Position numbers and translations under genes: made by a program. From positions 310,001 through 374,000 of IMG/VR virus record IMGVR_UViG_3300021057_000274: a stretch of 64,000 bases of DNA. One strand, given 5' to 3'. Of this stretch, positions 60,846 to 64,000 are shown one piece after another. Numbering within the stretch: position 1 is the stretch's first letter; each line of letters begins with the position of its first letter. The notes beneath the pieces are model-generated. The model had not been told where the DNA came from, did no database searches, and saw only the letters and a program-made list of their open reading frames with translations.

Positions 60846-61391
60846 ATGACTTGGCGTAAGCCGCTGAAGCTTAGGCTCGTTGAGACGAGCGACGGCGAGT
60901 CTTTCAAGATCTTCTCAAAGGACACGACTGGCGTTCCGGTCGGGAGTCATCCAGGAGCGTTCGGAGTCGTCCGAAAGCACCACGTCCACGAGGGCGTCGA
61001 CCTCTACGCGCCAGTGGGCACGCCTGTTTACGCGGTAGAGTCAGGTGCGGTCGTCAGAGTGCTGCCGATGACCGGTCCAGCCGCAGGGTCACCGTGGTGG
61101 TTCGACACGAAGGCGGTGATGGTCGAGGGGCGGTCTGGAGTCGTCGTCTACGGAGAGATCTCTCCTGCGGTACAAGAAGGGCGAGTGATCTTCGCAGGTG
61201 ACGTCGTCGGACACGTCATCCGTGTCCTTCGCCATGACAAGGGGCGCCCGACCAGCATGCTTCACCTCGAGCTCCATCGCATGGGCTCGCGCAGCTGTCT
61301 GGACTGGAATCTGCCCCCGGCGAAGCCGCCCGAGCAGCTGCTCGATCCTACGCCGCACCTGTTGCAGATCTGCCGCAGGCATCGTAAATAG
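60846..61391 (+). CDS. M23 metallopeptidase
   Basis: HEGVDL.AP.GTPVYAV..G.V and HLE motifs. Confidence 0.85.
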   Translation: MTWRKPLKLRLVETSDGESFKIFSKDTTGVPVGSHPGAFGVVRKHHVHEGVDLYAPVGTPVYAVESGAVVRVLPMTGPAAGSPWWFDTKAVMVEGRSGVVVYGEISPAVQEGRVIFAGDVVGHVIRVLRHDKGRPTSMLHLELHRMGSRSCLDWNLPPAKPPEQLLDPTPHLLQICRRHRK

Positions 61392-61412
61392 CTCTTTATC
61401 GGAGATCACCAC

Positions 61413-61748
61413 GTGGAATTCAAGAACTTTCTGAGAGAGGCTAAGATCGACCACGACGAGCTGATCAAGAAGGGCGTCGAGGCCTTTAGAGCCGTCGCGA
61501 AGTACCTCACAAAAAAGTTCCCCAAATCAGAAGACGGATGGACCGACGAGGCCTTCTTCGACCCGAAGACCGAGTGCTGGTACACTTACGAGTACGTCAG
61601 CATGAAGTCTGGAGATGAGGTTTTCCTCTACCTCAAGACCGACCCTAGCGGAAAGGTTGAAGAGGTTAACGAGTTCACAGACGCTCAAGTTAAGTCTTGG
61701 GTGACCGATGATGATCTGATCGCAGAGATCACCGAGCAACTGCCGTGA
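61413..61748 (+). CDS. Putative head-internal protein (MEFKNFLRE-A)
   Basis: TAAATA at 61385-61390; leader motif. Confidence 0.6.
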   Translation: MEFKNFLREAKIDHDELIKKGVEAFRAVAKYLTKKFPKSEDGWTDEAFFDPKTECWYTYEYVSMKSGDEVFLYLKTDPSGKVEEVNEFTDAQVKSWVTDDDLIAEITEQLP

Positions 61749-62170
61749 ACTTCAAGAACTTTCTCGCGGAGGCTGCGGCCGACGCTTACTACCACGCGAC
61801 CCTCACCAAGAACGCTGACCAGATCAAGGAGAAGGGTCTCACCAAGTTCAACGCCTCGAACTGGGTCAAGGCCGCGAGCAAGGAGCGCTACGGCGACGGC
61901 GCGATCTTCGCCTTCGAGAACGAGCTCGACGCGCTTCGCTGGGCAGGCAAGATGGACTGGGAGTTCAACAAGGGTTTCGGCACCGGAAAGGTCTCGATCG
62001 TCAAGCTTCGCGTTTCAGATCCTGAGGCTTGGAAGGTGGATGACGCTGACCCGCTAGGTCAAGCAGGATCCAAGGGGCGCTGGATGAAGAGCCAGGACGC
62101 GGTCAAGGCGACCGACATCATCTCGATCACTCCCGTCAACGCAGCCGATATCAAGCGCGCGACCAAATGA
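61745..62170 (+). CDS. Putative head-internal protein, possible ADP-ribosyltransferase fold
   Basis: MNFKNFLAE-A leader then YYHAT..N...I...GL. Confidence 0.5.
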   Translation: MNFKNFLAEAAADAYYHATLTKNADQIKEKGLTKFNASNWVKAASKERYGDGAIFAFENELDALRWAGKMDWEFNKGFGTGKVSIVKLRVSDPEAWKVDDADPLGQAGSKGRWMKSQDAVKATDIISITPVNAADIKRATK

Positions 62171-62526
62171 GAATTGATGAGATCGTAGGCGAGCTCCCGG
62201 TCGGTGCTCGAGTAAAGGGTACCATCCTCGAGACGTCCGAGGAGGGCGACAAGGAGTACTTTGGCACGGTGATCGATCCCAAGCTAGCCGATAGCGGCGA
62301 AGTTGACGTGGAGGGCGATCATGGAGAGGTAGGTCTCTTCATCAAGCCAGATCATGATGACATCGTCATGGCTTTCACGCGAGAAGGTGATCACTGGAGG
62401 CATGACGCCTACGGCGGTTACTACGAGGTGACGAAGTTCCAGGTCGTCAAGACCGAGCAGTCGAAGAGGGGTCGTTGCCCGCACGGGGTGGCTGCTGGTA
62501 ACCGCTGCGAGAAGTGCGACGGATAG
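62167..62526 (+). CDS. Hypothetical protein (MRIDEIVGE)
   Basis: ATGA overlap; C-terminal CPH...CEKC. Confidence 0.55.
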   Translation: MRIDEIVGELPVGARVKGTILETSEEGDKEYFGTVIDPKLADSGEVDVEGDHGEVGLFIKPDHDDIVMAFTREGDHWRHDAYGGYYEVTKFQVVKTEQSKRGRCPHGVAAGNRCEKCDG

Positions 62527-62565
62527 GCTCAGGCTGGTGGTAGTCCATCCGGATACACAAAGTTG

Positions 62566-62594
62566 TTTACTTCCGTCGAGAACTAATATATAGT
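62566..62594 (+). promoter_or_regulatory. Sigma70-like promoter of the tRNA operon
   Basis: TTTACT-N17-TATAGT. Confidence 0.75.
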
Positions 62595-62602
62595 ATCATA
62601 CC

Positions 62603-62668
62603 ATGACGAACGTCCTATCACTTAGCTTGAGCTGGTCCCTGTCCTCGTATCTCGGGGAGAGGCCCTAG
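62603..62668 (+). CDS. Putative attenuator leader peptide MTNVLSLSLSWSLSSYLGERP
   Basis: ATG 8 nt after the -10 box; 12 of 13 consecutive codons are Leu/Ser/Tyr; the stop lies within the antiterminator strand. Confidence 0.8.
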   Translation: MTNVLSLSLSWSLSSYLGERP

Positions 62669-62707
62669 TCTCTATGTGATCTGACGAAAAGTCGACAGAT
62701 TCTAGAC

Positions 62708-62740
62708 CTAGGGCCTCCAAGTGAGGCCCTAGTCGTTTTT
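62708..62740 (+). terminator. Attenuator terminator hairpin
   Basis: CTAGGGCCTC-CAAGT-GAGGCCCTAG-TCGTTTTT; the 5' arm also complements 62659-62668. Confidence 0.8.
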
Positions 62741-62747
62741 GCAACGC

Positions 62748-62759
62748 GCTCTTTTACAA
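62748..62759 (+). promoter_or_regulatory. boxA-like antitermination element
   Basis: GCTCTTTTACAA, one mismatch from rrn boxA GCTCTTTAACAA, just before the first tRNA. Confidence 0.6.
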
Positions 62760-62776
62760 TTCGGAAGCAGTACCTT

Positions 62777-62863
62777 GCCAGACTGGCGGAATCGGCAGAC
62801 GCGCTAGTCTCAAAAATTAGTACCCGTGAGGGTGTCCCGGTTCGAGCCCGGGGTCTGGCACCA
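62777..62863 (+). tRNA. tRNA-Leu(CAA)
   Basis: Cloverleaf, CTAGT-CTCAAAA-ATTAG, long variable arm, GTTCGA, encoded CCA. Confidence 0.93.
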
Positions 62864-62864
62864 A

Positions 62865-62952
62865 GGATGGTTGGCAGAGTGGCCAATTGCACCTGGCTGT
62901 AAACCAGGCGCCCTGACGGGCTTCGGTGGTTCAAATCCATCACCATCCACCA
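62865..62952 (+). tRNA. tRNA-Tyr(GTA)
   Basis: CCTGG-CTGTAAA-CCAGG, variable arm, GTTCAAATC, CCA. Confidence 0.93.
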
Positions 62953-62957
62953 ACATT

Positions 62958-63049
62958 GGGTCTGGTCATAAGGACGGGTGGTCCTGTCAGGAGCCTGTAA
63001 AGCTCTTCCTCAGCGAGGCACGGAGTTCGATTCTACCCCAGACCCACCA
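62958..63049 (+). tRNA. Atypical tRNA(GTA), Tyr-like, 8-bp acceptor
   Basis: GGGTCTGG/CCAGACCC-ACCA; AGGAGC-CTGTAAA-GCTCTT; 4-bp T-stem with a bulged A. Confidence 0.65.
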
Positions 63050-63053
63050 AATT

Positions 63054-63143
63054 GGAGAGTGAACCGCACGGGGTGTGGCACTGCCTGGAAAGCAGTCGGG
63101 CTGGCGTAAGCTGGTCGCGGGTCGGGACCGCCGCTCTCCTCCA
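63054..63143 (+). tRNA. tRNA-Ser(GGA), 8/4 fold
   Basis: GGAGAGTG/CGCTCTCC, ACTGC-CTGGAAA-GCAGT, GCGG-GTCGGGA-CCGC, TCCA end. Confidence 0.85.
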
Positions 63144-63161
63144 AGTTGTAGAAGTAACGCT

Positions 63162-63250
63162 GCCCTCGTGGACAAATTGGTAAAGTTGCCAGGCTCAGAA
63201 CCTGGAGCCGCGAAAGCGTATTGTCGGTTCGACTCCGACCGAGGGCACCA
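63162..63250 (+). tRNA. tRNA-Leu(CAG)
   Basis: CCAGG-CTCAGAA-CCTGG, variable arm, CCA. Confidence 0.93.
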
Positions 63251-63258
63251 ACACGAGA

Positions 63259-63341
63259 CCCCTCGTGGCAAATGGAAATTGGTACACCTACTAGATCGAG
63301 AGTCTAGGCTTTTCTCGGTTCGAATCCGAGCGAGGGGACCA
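63259..63341 (+). tRNA. tRNA-Leu(GAG), atypical
   Basis: CTAGA-TCGAGAG-TCTAG; C33, enlarged D region, only a 6-nt variable loop. Confidence 0.75.
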
Positions 63342-63345
63342 GCAT

Positions 63346-63438
63346 GGAAGACGAACCGAGAAGGTCTCGGACTCGCCTTGAAAGCGATGGGATCGCGGCC
63401 AACCCGTGATTGGGGATCATCTCCTCCGTCTTCCGCCA
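63346..63438 (+). tRNA. tRNA-Ser(TGA), 8/4 fold
   Basis: GGAAGACG/CGTCTTCC-GCCA, 6-bp D-stem, TCGC-CTTGAAA-GCGA, GGGG-ATCATCT-CCTC. Confidence 0.85.
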
Positions 63439-63442
63439 GTAT

Positions 63443-63526
63443 GCGAGCGTGGTGGAATGGTATACACACGTGCCTTAGGAGCACGTGCCGCAAGGTATGT
63501 GGGTTCGACTCCCACCGCTCGCACCA
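63443..63526 (+). tRNA. tRNA-Leu(TAG)
   Basis: CGTGC-CTTAGGA-GCACG, variable arm, CCA. Confidence 0.93.
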
Positions 63527-63537
63527 AAGGAGACGAC

Positions 63538-63735
63538 ATGAACCTCAAGTCTAGAGAAGCAGGTGAGCTGATCCAGGGCATCCAGGTAAACGAGTCTCGC
63601 AGGGTGAAGTACTCGTCCTGGTACCACGCGATCGCTCGAAACAGAGGAATCACGATCAGGACGAGGAGGGTGAGCGATGACGAGATCATCGTCACCCGGA
63701 TCGAACCCAAGGATGACGAACTAGTCAGGGACTAG
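63538..63735 (+). CDS. Small hypothetical protein within the tRNA array
   Basis: SD AAAGGAG; MNLKSREAG...; its 3' end overlaps tRNA-Ser(CGA). Confidence 0.55.
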   Translation: MNLKSREAGELIQGIQVNESRRVKYSSWYHAIARNRGITIRTRRVSDDEIIVTRIEPKDDELVRD

Positions 63736-63798
63736 CGCTGCCTCGAAAGCAGATGGACTCGGAAACGGGCTGGGGGTCGGGACCTCCGTCATCCGCCA
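63711..63798 (+). tRNA. tRNA-Ser(CGA), 8/4 fold
   Basis: GGATGACG/CGTCATCC-GCCA, CTAGTC/GACTAG D-stem, CTGC-CTCGAAA-GCAG, GGGG-GTCGGGA-CCTC. Confidence 0.85.
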
Positions 63799-64000
63799 AG
63801 GAAGCAAGCAGGCGCTGGCAACGGCGTTTGGAGACTCATGACCTTTTTGACGTAGCTTTTGCATGCTGCATCAGACGAGCGACCTCTACTTAGGAGCCTT
63901 TATCATGAACGACACCGAGCTGCTGAACGCGATCAACAAGTACAGGTTGCATCCGCTCCCCTCAAGCTTTCTGGGTGGGGAGTACTGGAGGTGTCTTTGG

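Noticed and set aside
63346-63438. Selenocysteine or suppressor tRNA
   Set aside because: The scaffold is Sec-like, but the anticodon is TGA (reads UCA, Ser), not TCA; no CTA, TTA or TCA anticodon is present in the window
63075-63554. 159-aa ORF across the tRNA array
   Set aside because: Overlaps five tRNA genes; spurious
63800-63900. Further tRNA after Ser(CGA)
   Set aside because: Starts GGAAG and has a small hairpin, but I could not build an acceptor stem, T-arm or CCA end
1-64000. Stop-codon reassignment
   Set aside because: Conserved genes are full length in the standard code and end in TAG, TGA or TAA
1-64000. CRISPR array, transposase or integrase
   Set aside because: No regularly spaced repeats or recombinase motifs seen by eye

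Overview
This is a 64-kb segment of a large, GC-rich, T4-like/jumbo myophage genome. It is almost entirely + strand and uses the standard code, since TAG, TGA and TAA all end real genes. Replication and repair genes: a DnaE-like (Pol III) polymerase split into two small genes, clamp loader, ATP-dependent DNA ligase, DinG-like helicase and dCMP deaminase. RNA-repair and conflict enzymes: RNA ligase, 2H phosphoesterase, nucleotidyltransferases, SLOG and HD proteins. Other recognisable content: a J-domain kinase-like/vWA/PurA-like module, a PrkA-YeaH-SpoVR module, bactofilin, rIIA/rIIB, lysis enzymes and about 15 probable head-internal proteins sharing a capsid-targeting-like leader. Two promoter classes are visible: sigma70-like TTTACT-N17-TA(C/T/A)AAT (often leaderless) and late-type TAAATA. 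The most striking element is at 62566-63798. An array of only Leu/Ser/Tyr tRNAs, several with 8/4 folds, lies behind a 21-codon leader ORF absent from the supplied ORF track. That ORF contains a codon for every tRNA in the array, and its last codons form an antiterminator competing with an intrinsic terminator. This looks like a tRNA-sensing, ribosome-coupled attenuator. All calls come from motif recognition and hand folding; no searches were run.
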